Origin: an uncultured virus (IMG/VR IMGVR_UViG_3300031746_000009)
Taxonomy: Duplodnaviria; Heunggongvirae; Uroviricota; Caudoviricetes
Length of the DNA stretch: 20,000 nt
Direction: 5' to 3' (one strand)
Virus record (IMG/VR): IMGVR_UViG_3300031746_000009
Position 1 is the first letter of the stretch, and each line of letters begins with the position of its first letter. Under the pieces are notes generated by a model. The model was not told the DNA's origin and ran no database searches. It saw only the letters and a list, made by a program, of their open reading frames with translations. Shown piece after piece: positions 1-8,541 of this stretch. The position numbers and the translations under genes are program-made.

Positions 1-911
1 GCTAGGCAGGTTGTGAATTCCCAGATTGCGTTTGGCCTTTTAATGACGGGTACGACGGCTTCCCACACTTTTCCTTGATAGTTCATTGTTGGCAGTTGAG
101 CCAAATAGTTGGTTATGTCTGCGCCTATGAGTAGTTCAAAGTTGCCGGGTGTAGTGTCAACGAGTAATGCAGAGTCTAATATGCCTGTTGCGCTGTAGCA
201 ACTGTCGCTGACTATGATGTTCTGTTGTCCGCCAAGCAGTTCGCCTAAAGCTTCAAAACCCCATTTCTCTGAGGGTGTTGGCAATAGTTGTTCGAAGCAT
301 GGTCCGTAGACTGCGGAGGGCATGATGGTCTTGTATGGTCCCATGTGGCCTAATGCTCGTAAGCCTGCTTTTCCTGTGGCAATATCCGCTAACGCGGCTA
401 TTGGGCCTGCGCCTGCGGCTGCGTCCCAGTTGGCGCCGTTAGTCGTGTTGGCTGCTGCGCGTCCTGATCGTAGGCCTGCGAGTCCCATTGCTGGCCAAGT
501 GGTGTCTTCGCCTGAAATAATCAGACGGTCTTCTTCTTCTGCTACTTGTCGGGCTGCGTTTGTAGCATGTTGAGTGTTCAAGTCTTCGCCTGAGTCTCTG
601 CGTTTTAGTACGTCTCTCCAGTGTAGGTTGTAGTCTTTGCTTATGATTGGAATATGCACATGAGATTCAGTCAGGTCCACTAGGTCCATTGACTGTTCTT
701 CGCCTGTCATGCTGATGGTTGCTTGTCCCATGTCGTTTTCAGTGTAGTACGTGTACTGTGTGAAGCCTGCGCTTGCCAGCGACTTTGTGGGCATGAGTGT
801 TCTACCTACGAGTAACGGGCGAACGGTTTTGACTATGCTTGTTTCGATAAGGTTGATTTCGTAGTCTGTGAGTGTGCCTGTTGCGAGTCCAATTCGTTTC
901 ATAGTGTTCAT
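1..911 (-). CDS. Major capsid protein, HK97 fold, encapsulin/Linocin_M18-like (3' end runs just off the window)
   Basis: Hand translation from ATG 911 (AGGTGA RBS upstream): MNTMKRIGLATGTLTDYEINLIETSIVKTVRPLLVGRTLMP...VHIPIISKDYNLHWRDV...NAARQVAEEEDRLIISG...GKVWEAVVPVIKRPNAIWEF. Open for 303 codons to the edge. Motifs resemble family-1 encapsulin/phage MCPs and it follows the scaffold and decoration genes. Confidence 0.88.
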   Translation of the reverse strand, partial: MNTMKRIGLATGTLTDYEINLIETSIVKTVRPLLVGRTLMPTKSLASAGFTQYTYYTENDMGQATISMTGEEQSMDLVDLTESHVHIPIISKDYNLHWRDVLKRRDSGEDLNTQHATNAARQVAEEEDRLIISGEDTTWPAMGLAGLRSGRAAANTTNGANWDAAAGAGPIAALADIATGKAGLRALGHMGPYKTIMPSAVYGPCFEQLLPTPSEKWGFEALGELLGGQQNIIVSDSCYSATGILDSALLVDTTPGNFELLIGADITNYLAQLPTMNYQGKVWEAVVPVIKRPNAIWEFTTCL

Positions 912-921
912 GTCAAGTCAC

Positions 922-1401
922 CTAAATGATGAGTTTGACGAGGACCCAGTCGCAGCATGCAGAAATGTCAGTGGTCTTGTTTTCTAAGCTGTAGCCTATA
1001 CATTGTCCTGCGGTTGCTCCAGCCTTAACCATGCCTGCGGCGGCAGAGACCAGTTTTGTTCCTACGGCGATTGTTTCGCCGCTTTTAGCGACAAGTTTAA
1101 CGACTATGTCGCCTCTGAGGACGCGTATCTGGTCGGCTGCGGTGAATGTTTTGGTTAATGCTCCTCCTGCGGTTGGCACGTAGTACGCGGTGAGTTTCTG
1201 GTCGCTTGGAACGTCTGCGACGCCCAACACGATGGCTGAAGCGTCTCCTGCAACTTGGGCTTGATATTCTGCTGTGTTAGCAATCACAAGTCTGCCGGGG
1301 CCGAATGTGGTGACTGTTTCAACTTCCATCTCTTGGATTTCGGGTTCGCCAGCATAAAGTATGGCGTTTTTCGCCATTTCATGGTTTAATCCTTGTGGCA
1401 T
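922..1401 (-). CDS. Head decoration/cement protein
   Basis: 159 aa, Ala/Gly/Val-rich beta-type protein (GETIAVGTKLVSAAAGMVK...IGYSLE) immediately upstream of the MCP. Confidence 0.7.
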   Translation of the reverse strand: MPQGLNHEMAKNAILYAGEPEIQEMEVETVTTFGPGRLVIANTAEYQAQVAGDASAIVLGVADVPSDQKLTAYYVPTAGGALTKTFTAADQIRVLRGDIVVKLVAKSGETIAVGTKLVSAAAGMVKAGATAGQCIGYSLENKTTDISACCDWVLVKLII

Positions 1402-1811
1402 TAGAAGTTGCCCCCTTCAGCGAGGATTTGCTCACGCGTTTTCCCATACAAGTCGCCGACTGTGGTTCTGCCAGCTTGACTGTCGCTTCCCGTGCGGATA
1501 GGCTTATAGGATGCGGTGTCTCCGCCTCTTGTTCTGCTCAATGTAGCGTCTATCTGCTGAAGCTGCTCAACCTTCATGGGTTCCAAGTCAGTGTCTTTGA
1601 AGTCGCTTTTGCTCATAATCTTTATTTTCAAGTCTGCTTTCAAGTCGGTTTCGATGACGCTTGCAAGTTGGATGTTCTGTGCTTTGAGGGCTGTGTTTTC
1701 GTCTGCGAGTTCCGTGTTTATCTTGGCTAATCTAGCGTTGTCCAATGTTATTGAGGCTAGTTGCACTTGAACTGTTGAATCTAAAGCCGTTTCTTTCTGT
1801 TTATCAGTCAT
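1401..1811 (-). CDS. Putative capsid scaffolding protein (coiled coil)
   Basis: 136 aa with heptad pattern LAKINTELADENTALKAQNIQL, GAGGAG RBS, located between protease and decoration/MCP genes, TAATG coupling to the next gene. Confidence 0.65.
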   Translation of the reverse strand: MTDKQKETALDSTVQVQLASITLDNARLAKINTELADENTALKAQNIQLASVIETDLKADLKIKIMSKSDFKDTDLEPMKVEQLQQIDATLSRTRGGDTASYKPIRTGSDSQAGRTTVGDLYGKTREQILAEGGNF

Positions 1812-1954
1812 AAATTGTTTTCTCCTCGTTTTGTTATGTTGCAGATTTCTTTAGCCACGCCTGCGTTGGGCGTGAACAACCCATTTGAGAAACCCAGCTT
1901 GTTGTCCACTGAGGAGAGCTTGCTCCCTGTCTCTCTGAAGGGGTCTAGCTATGA

Positions 1955-2149
1955 CTATGCGTTCTTCCACACTATGACGGCGACCGCGTTTGGAATTCCG
2001 TTAAGCCAACCGAACCAAACAACGTTGACCGATGTTACAGATGTGGCCGCTGCACACACGTCGTTGATTGCTTTAGCTAATGATCCAGCGGTTGTATCGA
2101 TGTCTCCTGTAGCGCAGGTTCCCGTTACGGTGCTTGTTTTAAAAGCCAT
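1955..2149 (-). CDS. Small hypothetical virion-associated protein
   Basis: 64 aa ORF with GGTGAGGTGA RBS inside the head module. Confidence 0.6.
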   Translation of the reverse strand: MAFKTSTVTGTCATGDIDTTAGSLAKAINDVCAAATSVTSVNVVWFGWLNGIPNAVAVIVWKNA

Positions 2150-2166
2150 TTGTCATTCACCTCACC

Positions 2167-3273
2167 TTACAGTGGGTGTCTTCGGTCTGCCCTGTTCTTT
2201 TCAATGACGCTTTGCTCCCGCATCTTCAAGAGTTCTTTGCTTCTGTCTATGAGTTGTTCAACGGTCTGTTCCGGTTCAGGAGCTGATGGCGGTATTGTGG
2301 GTGGTGGTGTTATAGGTGGAACTGGTATTGTTGGCGTTTCTACTGGTTTAGCGGGTAATGCCGGACTTGCAGGCGGTGTAATCGTTGGTGCTGGCGGAAG
2401 CTCTTTTGTTCCCACATACGCATCCCAATAGTCTTTAGCCTGTTGCTCAGTGTAACCTTCAATCTTACGTTGCTTCACAAACTCTAGGAACTCTTCGGGT
2501 TTTGTTTCACTCAATCCTTTCTTACCTCCTACAACTTTCTTTTCTTGAACTGTCACCCCTGACGCGGCAGCGATAAACCGTCTCACATTTTTTTCGCTTC
2601 CAATCCCACAATTTGGAAAAGTACAACGTCCACGCCAGACCCCGGCAGCTACGTGGTCAATCAACATGTCCCGCATAACCAAATCATAAGGAATTCCATG
2701 CCAAACGCCGGGAGTTGGGTCGGTTGCGTAGTAGAAGCCTATGCTCACGTCTTTGGGTGGTCCAGTCTTTGCGGCTGCTGCTCTGATTTCTTGGAGAAAG
2801 TCTTGCGGGCACTGTTCTTTGTCAAAGTTTAAGATGCCACGAATGCGGTCCCGGTCAAAGAAAGGTTTCTCAACTGTGCCGTACATGTCATGTTGGCTCA
2901 CGATAACCTTTTCTGGGGGATGATCCTTAACGATGATTTTGGCTGCTCGCGCAGTACGTGTGGCATTCAGTAATTCCTGTCTGCTCCATAAACATTGTTT
3001 GTCTTCGCCTTTTGGTCCTGCGGGGAAGGTGTAGACACCTTCCTTGGCGATGACGGCTTGAACTTTGAGGCAGCAGTTACTGTCTTCAACGATTTGCATG
3101 GGTTCCGCAAAGACGGCTAATTGGACAGTTGCGGATGCTGGTGTAGAGTCTCCTTTGAATTTGCTGTGGCAGATGGCGGCACGTTGTTCGGAGTCATATT
3201 TCTGCATGTCTGGGTATGCCATGCAACGTTGCATGAATTGTTCTTCTGTTTCTCCCTCATTAGGTTCGGGCAT
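2167..3273 (-). CDS. DUF2213-like prohead protease/scaffold protein with small N-terminal PxPxxGE..F..RCM domain and Pro-rich C-terminal linker
   Basis: Motifs IAKEGVYTF, DHPP, DVSIGFY, IDHVA and GRC..CGIG; AAGGTGA RBS; located between portal and MCP. Confidence 0.75.
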   Translation of the reverse strand: MPEPNEGETEEQFMQRCMAYPDMQKYDSEQRAAICHSKFKGDSTPASATVQLAVFAEPMQIVEDSNCCLKVQAVIAKEGVYTFPAGPKGEDKQCLWSRQELLNATRTARAAKIIVKDHPPEKVIVSQHDMYGTVEKPFFDRDRIRGILNFDKEQCPQDFLQEIRAAAAKTGPPKDVSIGFYYATDPTPGVWHGIPYDLVMRDMLIDHVAAGVWRGRCTFPNCGIGSEKNVRRFIAAASGVTVQEKKVVGGKKGLSETKPEEFLEFVKQRKIEGYTEQQAKDYWDAYVGTKELPPAPTITPPASPALPAKPVETPTIPVPPITPPPTIPPSAPEPEQTVEQLIDRSKELLKMREQSVIEKNRADRRHPL

Positions 3274-3321
3274 GTTTTTTCACCTTTATGTTGTTGTATC
3301 CGATTTTTGTCATGTTTTAAG

Positions 3322-4035
3322 TCACCATGACTTGGGAAACCTTGCGGAACATAGAGTCAACCGTTCCCTCCAAGGATGCAAGAGACGTTGCAGTTGACAG
3401 GTACGCACATAGTCTGCGCATCGGCATTGCGGCACATGTTTGAATGCAGCGTAAATGTAGCCGTAGACTGATAGGATGTGACGCCAACCCAACCTTGTCT
3501 TCGCCAACATGTGCAGTGGTTCGACGCCTAACTGATAATAGGCGATGCCCTGTTCAACCCAATACATGAGGCTGTGGGTTGCGCCGGGCTTTCTAAGCAT
3601 GGCAGGGTCTACCTTGTAGTAGACGGCTTTGAGGCCGTGGCGTTGAAATTCGAAGTGGATTGCCGAGTCGTCGCTGTACGGGTCAAATTTGCCGTGCATG
3701 ATTTTTTGGAAGCTGGACACTTTGATTAGTTGCGCCAGTCCGAGGCCGCACACGTCGGGCTTGTCTTTGAGGTTGCCTTCTATGAAGTTTGGTGGAAGCC
3801 ATGCGTCGCTGTCAACACGCAAGATATAGTCAAAGTCATTGAGTCTAATGTGTTTTAGTCCGTTGTTCAATATTTTTGCTACGCGGGCAGGCCATGTGGA
3901 TGCTTCCACTTTTTCTGTGAGCAAGACCATGAGTGATATGGGAACCGTTTGGCTTGCTAGGCAAGAAAATATTTGCGGTTGCAAGTCTGATGGTTGAATG
4001 AGCATGACGCAGAGGATTCTTATTTTATGATCCAC
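3322..4035 (-). CDS. GT-A fold (GT2-like) glycosyltransferase
   Basis: DYILRVDSDAWLPPNFIE (DxD motif), SQTVPI and LNNGL segments, and a DD acidic pair. Confidence 0.8.
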   Translation of the reverse strand: MDHKIRILCVMLIQPSDLQPQIFSCLASQTVPISLMVLLTEKVEASTWPARVAKILNNGLKHIRLNDFDYILRVDSDAWLPPNFIEGNLKDKPDVCGLGLAQLIKVSSFQKIMHGKFDPYSDDSAIHFEFQRHGLKAVYYKVDPAMLRKPGATHSLMYWVEQGIAYYQLGVEPLHMLAKTRLGWRHILSVYGYIYAAFKHVPQCRCADYVRTCQLQRLLHPWRERLTLCSARFPKSW

Positions 4036-4637
4036 CAGTCGGGGAACACGTTGTGAAACTCTAGTTCACTGTGTTGTTGCCTGAATTCGTCTACGGCTTG
4101 GCAGACTTCTAACACTTTGCGGTGAAGATAGTCGTGTCCTCCGATTACTCCGCCCTTTTTCAGTAGCGGATAATAGTTTTCTATGTCCTGTTTCACGTTG
4201 ACGTAGTTGTGGTTTCCGTCTATGTATATGAAGTCTAAAGGTTCAGTTATGTCATCGTGGGCTTCGTTGGATGGTTTTCTGATAAATACTGTTTCGTTGA
4301 AGTTGCCCAGTTTGTCTTTAGCCGTTCTGTCTTTTCCCTGATAGTTTAATTGTCTTCCATGCTCCAAGTATGGAACGTAAGGGTCTATGAGGAACAGTTT
4401 CTTGACTGGCAACTCTTGAGTCATGTTTAAAGCGTTTTCGCCTGCTCCGACACCGATTTCTAAGCCTACAAGGTCGCCTGTTTTGAAATGCTGTTTCAGG
4501 AACATGGTCATTGGTCGGGGGACGCCGCTGATGAGGCTTTCGAGCTCAACCATGTCTTTGTAAAGTTTGGGTGCAAGCAACTTTACTATTGCATGGCGAA
4601 GCCGCATGGTCTTCATTCGCAAGTGCATACGGTTCAC
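4020..4637 (-). CDS. Class I SAM-dependent methyltransferase (Methyltransf_24-like)
   Basis: LEIGVGAGENA motif I, LIDPY, and LDFIYIDGNHNY..VKQDI..YYPLLKKGGVIGGHDY. Confidence 0.9.
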   Translation of the reverse strand: MNRMHLRMKTMRLRHAIVKLLAPKLYKDMVELESLISGVPRPMTMFLKQHFKTGDLVGLEIGVGAGENALNMTQELPVKKLFLIDPYVPYLEHGRQLNYQGKDRTAKDKLGNFNETVFIRKPSNEAHDDITEPLDFIYIDGNHNYVNVKQDIENYYPLLKKGGVIGGHDYLHRKVLEVCQAVDEFRQQHSELEFHNVFPDWWIIK

Positions 4638-5962
4638 TTGTTCAGGTTAGTGTCTGGTTGCCGTTGTTCAGGCGCGTTTCCAGTTGGAAACTTGTTGGGC
4701 GCCCAAGGGTTCTGTGCGGCTTTGCTGAGAAGTTCTTCGCCGCCCTGTTCTTTGGTTAAAGGTTTAAGGGTTGGGTCCATGAGTTTGCGGAGTTCGTTGC
4801 GGGTCATCCAGTCGCCCTTCACCTGCAACGTTTGGGCTTTGACTTGGTCGATTTGGGCTTGTTTAAGGTCATCTAGTTGGAAGCCGCCCATCCATTTGAA
4901 GCTGAACGGCTCGTCTGTTTGCTGTACTGCGTTGATGAGTTGACGGATGCCTGTTTCATAGTAGGTTTCTTCGTCGCCGATAAGTGCGAAATATTCTTGC
5001 TGGTTCACTTCGGAACCTGTGAGTGTTCCCGCTTGCACGCCGCGTAGAATGGCTAGTGGGATTGCGGAGCCTGCGCTGATGTTTTCCATGATGGGCAGAT
5101 AGTATTTGGTGGGGTCTAAAGCTACGCCTGCGGTGCCTTTGAACTCTATGGTTTGGTTCTCGTTGTGCGCGAAATAGGTGCGGGCACTAAGATTCTCGAA
5201 GCTGCCTTCTTCTACCCAGTCGTCGATGTCGCTTTTCTCTGCACCTGTGAAAGTCAAGTCGGGGAAGCCGTGGCCGTAACGGTACATGGTTTGTCCCATG
5301 CCCCACCTGATGTTTCTGAGGGTTACTATGTCGTCCCACACGGGGTCTAGGGTGCTTATTCCCATGTAATCATGTTCTAAGAGTCGTGATGCGAAGTGGA
5401 TTGTTCTTGTGTAGTGGATTTTAAGGTTGCTTGTTATTCCAGACTGTTTAACATTGTAGTATTCTGGGAGGCCGTAGCGTGGATTGCTTCTGTCTTTAAC
5501 TTCGTCTACTGACGCTATTTGTAGTGGCCCATACGCTTTTATTTCCTGTAGTTTCGGAGTGCCTGTGACGGGTTCCGCAAGAGTTTGTGCTGCATCCGCG
5601 TATCCTAAGACGATTGTTGCCCAACCGTAGGCTCTTTCGTAGACGGCCATTCGCATGAGTTCACGTTTTGCGTTGAGGCGTGTGAGTTCCTTCTGGATTT
5701 GCGTGTCAAACGACTTGTCTTGTTCGTTGCCTTCCTTGTAAAGTTGGAACCAGTGGTCGAAGATGTCGTGGGCGACGGTGAAGACGATTCTGTGGGCTAC
5801 GGGTTCGCGTGTGATTGCGAATGTGCGGTCTACGTCTTGGATTTGTGCGCCGAATTCTCCGCCTCCGCCTGTGCCGCCTAAAGGAATGGTTATGGCTGCG
5901 CCTCGTGGGACGGTTGTGCCTGAGGCTAGTCCGATGCGTTTAAGTTCAAAACGGTTGCTCAA
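4634..5962 (-). CDS. Portal protein (DUF1073-like family)
   Basis: 442 aa with RAYGWATIVLG, YGLPEYYNV, IHYTRTIHF, GISTLDPVWDDI, IPLAILRG and MTRNELR; downstream of TerL. Confidence 0.85.
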   Translation of the reverse strand: MSNRFELKRIGLASGTTVPRGAAITIPLGGTGGGGEFGAQIQDVDRTFAITREPVAHRIVFTVAHDIFDHWFQLYKEGNEQDKSFDTQIQKELTRLNAKRELMRMAVYERAYGWATIVLGYADAAQTLAEPVTGTPKLQEIKAYGPLQIASVDEVKDRSNPRYGLPEYYNVKQSGITSNLKIHYTRTIHFASRLLEHDYMGISTLDPVWDDIVTLRNIRWGMGQTMYRYGHGFPDLTFTGAEKSDIDDWVEEGSFENLSARTYFAHNENQTIEFKGTAGVALDPTKYYLPIMENISAGSAIPLAILRGVQAGTLTGSEVNQQEYFALIGDEETYYETGIRQLINAVQQTDEPFSFKWMGGFQLDDLKQAQIDQVKAQTLQVKGDWMTRNELRKLMDPTLKPLTKEQGGEELLSKAAQNPWAPNKFPTGNAPEQRQPDTNLNK

Positions 5963-6225
5963 TCTTTTGCTCTTCCTTTGCTGTGTATTTGTTTAAAGTC
6001 GAAGCCTTCACTGTTGACTACTCCACGGAAATGGCAGTTGCCGCATGAAACCTCCGCATCCCAACCTTTCGGGTTACGCACAAACTTTTCCAATACAAGG
6101 CCGTTCTGGCCGCAAGCTGTGCATGGTTGCTTGTTGACGAGGTCTTTGAAGTGTTTAGCTTCGGCAAGCGTGGCCAGGAGTGTGGATTCATGTTTTCTGC
6201 GGTTAAACCGTGTAAACCAACTCAT
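5959..6225 (-). CDS. Zn-ribbon protein
   Basis: CTAC...CGNC; 4-nt overlaps with both neighbours. Confidence 0.7.
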   Translation of the reverse strand: MSWFTRFNRRKHESTLLATLAEAKHFKDLVNKQPCTACGQNGLVLEKFVRNPKGWDAEVSCGNCHFRGVVNSEGFDFKQIHSKGRAKD

Positions 6226-6434
6226 TGATGAATCGCGCTCTCTCGCAAACTCTTAAGCCAATCCTTCATTTTTGCTTCAAAATCGTCTATTTGGTCAATG
6301 GATATGTCAAAGTTTGAAGAGACAAAATATGTGTATTCGCCAAGCAAATCTTTTTCCTTCAGAGTGTCACCTATCATTTTGGCTACTGCCTCCGCTTCTT
6401 CTTTGGTGGCATGTGGTGGGTCTAATATTTTCAC
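6222..6434 (-). CDS. Hypothetical protein
   Basis: 70 aa ORF filling the TerL-portal gap, ATGA-coupled to the next gene. Confidence 0.55.
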   Translation of the reverse strand: MKILDPPHATKEEAEAVAKMIGDTLKEKDLLGEYTYFVSSNFDISIDQIDDFEAKMKDWLKSLRESAIHQ

Positions 6435-6464
6435 GTGAATAATTTTCGTTTACATCACTCCTTT

Positions 6465-7742
6465 TTATCCTAGTCTCCAAGCGTCTGCGGGTCCACCACT
6501 CTTTTTCAGCTGCCAAAATGCGAGCGCCAACGCAATCACGCAGTCGTCATGGAATCCTTCAGGCGAACTGTAACGCTGGTTTCCGGATGGCGTTTTCGTG
6601 TATCCAAACAGGTCCAGCTCCGTCAAGAGTATGGGAATGTTTGGGTAAGAGATTTCGCCGTTTTCCAATCCTATCACCAAGTTTTCGATTAAGTCTTCTT
6701 TGCTTGGCTGAGTAATCTTGTAGCCTTTCACTTGGACGCCTTCGTGACGCATTTCGTCGAACACTGGGTCGCCTAAACCAGTAGAATCTATCAGTAGGGG
6801 TGCATGATACCGTTTTGCGGTGGCGGCTAACCATTCCCGTTGAAGGTGCCAGTCTCTGATTTGTCTGCGGTCAAACATGCAGACGTGGCCGTCTATGTCC
6901 AAGATGATTAGTACGGTGTAGTCTTGATATTTGGCTAGGTCTGCTCCTGCACGGTAACTCATGTCTTGACTGTAAGGCTCATAATGGGAGTCCAGATAAC
7001 CTTGTAGCGGCATTTGGATGCCTTGGATGTGATCTTTGATGCCTATGAAGACTGCGCCTACGTCGCTTAAGAATTCTCCGTCAAGTTCCTGTTTGCGGGC
7101 TCTTTCACTCATGTTTCGGGCGATAGCGTCAAGGTCTTCTTTATGGATGACTCCGCCCTTTTCAACGGTGTTGTTGGTTGATGGGAAACACCAACTTTTA
7201 AAGTCTTGGTCAAGCGGGTCATATCCTCTCATGCAGAGGAGGTAGTACCAGTTTCGTCCTTTCGGGGTGCCTGTGAACCATGCGCGTCCATGCTTATCCG
7301 CTAGGGCGGGAAGCACAGCGTAATCCCATATTTCCTGGCTCATTCCAGCGGGTTCATCTAGCCAAGCCCAAGTGTAGCCTTCGCCTCGACATGCTTCAGG
7401 GTTTTCTGCGCTACGGAAATGTATCGTCCGATTACCGATTAGCCGAATGTATTGGCTGCCGGGGGTTCTGTGAACCTCTTTGATGACTTGTTGTGGAAGA
7501 TATTCGAGCAAAGTGTTCCAACATTTTCCGAGGCTGCTTGACCCGTAGGATGGTGCTACGACGAGTCCGCTTGCAGACGGCGGGCTAGATAGGGTTGTCT
7601 TGATTGCTTCGTTTGCGCCCCACGTCGTTTTGCCCCAGCGTCTTCCGCAATGCAACATTCGGAACCGTGCAAGGCTCTGGTGAACCAATTGCTGGTCCTG
7701 TCTGTGCTGATAGTTGATTGTTAACTCCATTGTTTTGCTCAT
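6465..7742 (-). CDS. terL: Terminase large subunit (Terminase_6/6C type)
   Basis: Walker A GRRWGKT, Walker B AWLDE, TGTP coupling motif, nuclease motifs GADLA, DSTGLG and HDDCVIALALA. Confidence 0.95.
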   Translation of the reverse strand: MSKTMELTINYQHRQDQQLVHQSLARFRMLHCGRRWGKTTWGANEAIKTTLSSPPSASGLVVAPSYGSSSLGKCWNTLLEYLPQQVIKEVHRTPGSQYIRLIGNRTIHFRSAENPEACRGEGYTWAWLDEPAGMSQEIWDYAVLPALADKHGRAWFTGTPKGRNWYYLLCMRGYDPLDQDFKSWCFPSTNNTVEKGGVIHKEDLDAIARNMSERARKQELDGEFLSDVGAVFIGIKDHIQGIQMPLQGYLDSHYEPYSQDMSYRAGADLAKYQDYTVLIILDIDGHVCMFDRRQIRDWHLQREWLAATAKRYHAPLLIDSTGLGDPVFDEMRHEGVQVKGYKITQPSKEDLIENLVIGLENGEISYPNIPILLTELDLFGYTKTPSGNQRYSSPEGFHDDCVIALALAFWQLKKSGGPADAWRLG

Positions 7743-8142
7743 TCACAGGCCAACTTACCTTAATCTCTCCAATTTCAGTAGGCGTATTCAAGCCCATCCT
7801 CTTCAATTTTAAAGCGGTTAAAGCGTTAAACGCTACTTCAGGTTTCTCTTTCATTAGCCTGTAAAGAAGGCTGAACCATACAGGCTCCAAGACGCCGCTC
7901 TGATCCACAACCCGATAATACACCGCGAGAATATCGTGTACTTGGCACCGTGCAATATCCAGTTTCTCGCTGATCTGAGTGTAGCTTAAGCCTTCCTGTT
8001 GAAGCACCAGAATCTTTGCCAGCAGAATCTTGCGTTTCCAATCACACGCAGGCTTCTCGCTCAGCTTGAATTCGCTGTAATGTTCTCCGAGAACACGTTT
8101 AACCTCTTCAAGTTCTTCTATTGAATCCAGTTGCTCACTCAT
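7585..8142 (-). CDS. Putative terminase small subunit (HTH)
   Basis: HTH-like GLSYTQISEKLDIARCQVHDIL; IKVSW beta-strand typical of TerS C-termini; directly upstream of TerL. Confidence 0.65.
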   Translation of the reverse strand: MSEQLDSIEELEEVKRVLGEHYSEFKLSEKPACDWKRKILLAKILVLQQEGLSYTQISEKLDIARCQVHDILAVYYRVVDQSGVLEPVWFSLLYRLMKEKPEVAFNALTALKLKRMGLNTPTEIGEIKVSWPVNEQNNGVNNQLSAQTGPAIGSPEPCTVPNVALRKTLGQNDVGRKRSNQDNPI

Positions 8143-8294
8143 GACTTCTCAACCTTCAGACGACTATCACTATGAAAGAAAAACCCGCAGGACAAGTTAC
8201 TGCAAATCACCGACGTTTCAAACCCCGAAACCCTGACACACGTAGGAGAACCACATTCAGGACAAGCCTTAGAACGAACCTTAACCTCCCTCAT
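8139..8294 (-). CDS. Small Zn-ribbon protein (51 aa)
   Basis: Hand translation MREVKVRSKACPECGSPTCVRVSGFETSVICSNLSCGFFFHSDSRLKVEKS; stop overlaps the TerS ATG (ATGA). Confidence 0.65.
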   Translation of the reverse strand: MREVKVRSKACPECGSPTCVRVSGFETSVICSNLSCGFFFHSDSRLKVEKS

Positions 8295-8427
8295 AACCAA
8301 CCAACACCTTTTCAAGCAGCCTACGTTCCAACATCACTTCAAGGATGCGGGCAGCCATTTCTTCAGGCGTACGAGGCATTCGACGCCAACACCATAAACT
8401 ATCAGGCAAACGCTTCAGCTTGGACAT
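8281..8427 (-). CDS. Small hypothetical protein (48 aa)
   Basis: MSKLKRLPDSLWCWRRMPRTPEEMAARILEVMLERRLLEKVLVGYEGG; GGTG upstream; tiles the operon. Confidence 0.5.
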   Translation of the reverse strand: MSKLKRLPDSLWCWRRMPRTPEEMAARILEVMLERRLLEKVLVGYEGG

Positions 8428-8515
8428 CAGAACGTCTCACACCAGAACCCATATGAATGCACTCGCCTTTTCCCATACGAAGATTAAAATGATAATACCA
8501 TTCCTCGAACTTCAT
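8402..8515 (-). CDS. Small hypothetical protein (37 aa)
   Basis: MKFEEWYYHFNLRMGKGECIHMGSGVRRSDVQAEAFA with GGGTGA RBS. Confidence 0.45.
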   Translation of the reverse strand: MKFEEWYYHFNLRMGKGECIHMGSGVRRSDVQAEAFA

Positions 8516-8541
8516 TCCCTTCACCCATTAACAGGCAAACG

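Noticed and set aside
1..911. Cellular encapsulin nanocompartment operon
   Set aside because: No cargo enzyme; neighbours are terminase, portal, protease and scaffold, so it is a viral capsid gene
1840..1910. HDV-like ribozyme or SAM-II/preQ1 riboswitch in the scaffold leader (GCUAA after a hairpin)
   Set aside because: No room for P3/L3, no P1.1 GG, and ligand-binding consensus nucleotides are absent; kept only as an unassigned structured leader
4528..4552. CTGATGA followed by hairpin GGCT-TTCG-AGCT, resembling a third hammerhead
   Set aside because: Followed by CAAC instead of GAAA, no stem III or stem I, and antisense within the methyltransferase gene
4634..5962. Anti-CBASS Acb1 annotation often attached to DUF1073 proteins
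   Set aside because: No 2H phosphoesterase (paired HxT) domain is evident; size and position indicate a portal
322..7483. Plus-strand ORFs in the track overlapping the head/packaging genes
   Set aside because: Antisense shadows of well-supported minus-strand genes, lacking RBS or motifs
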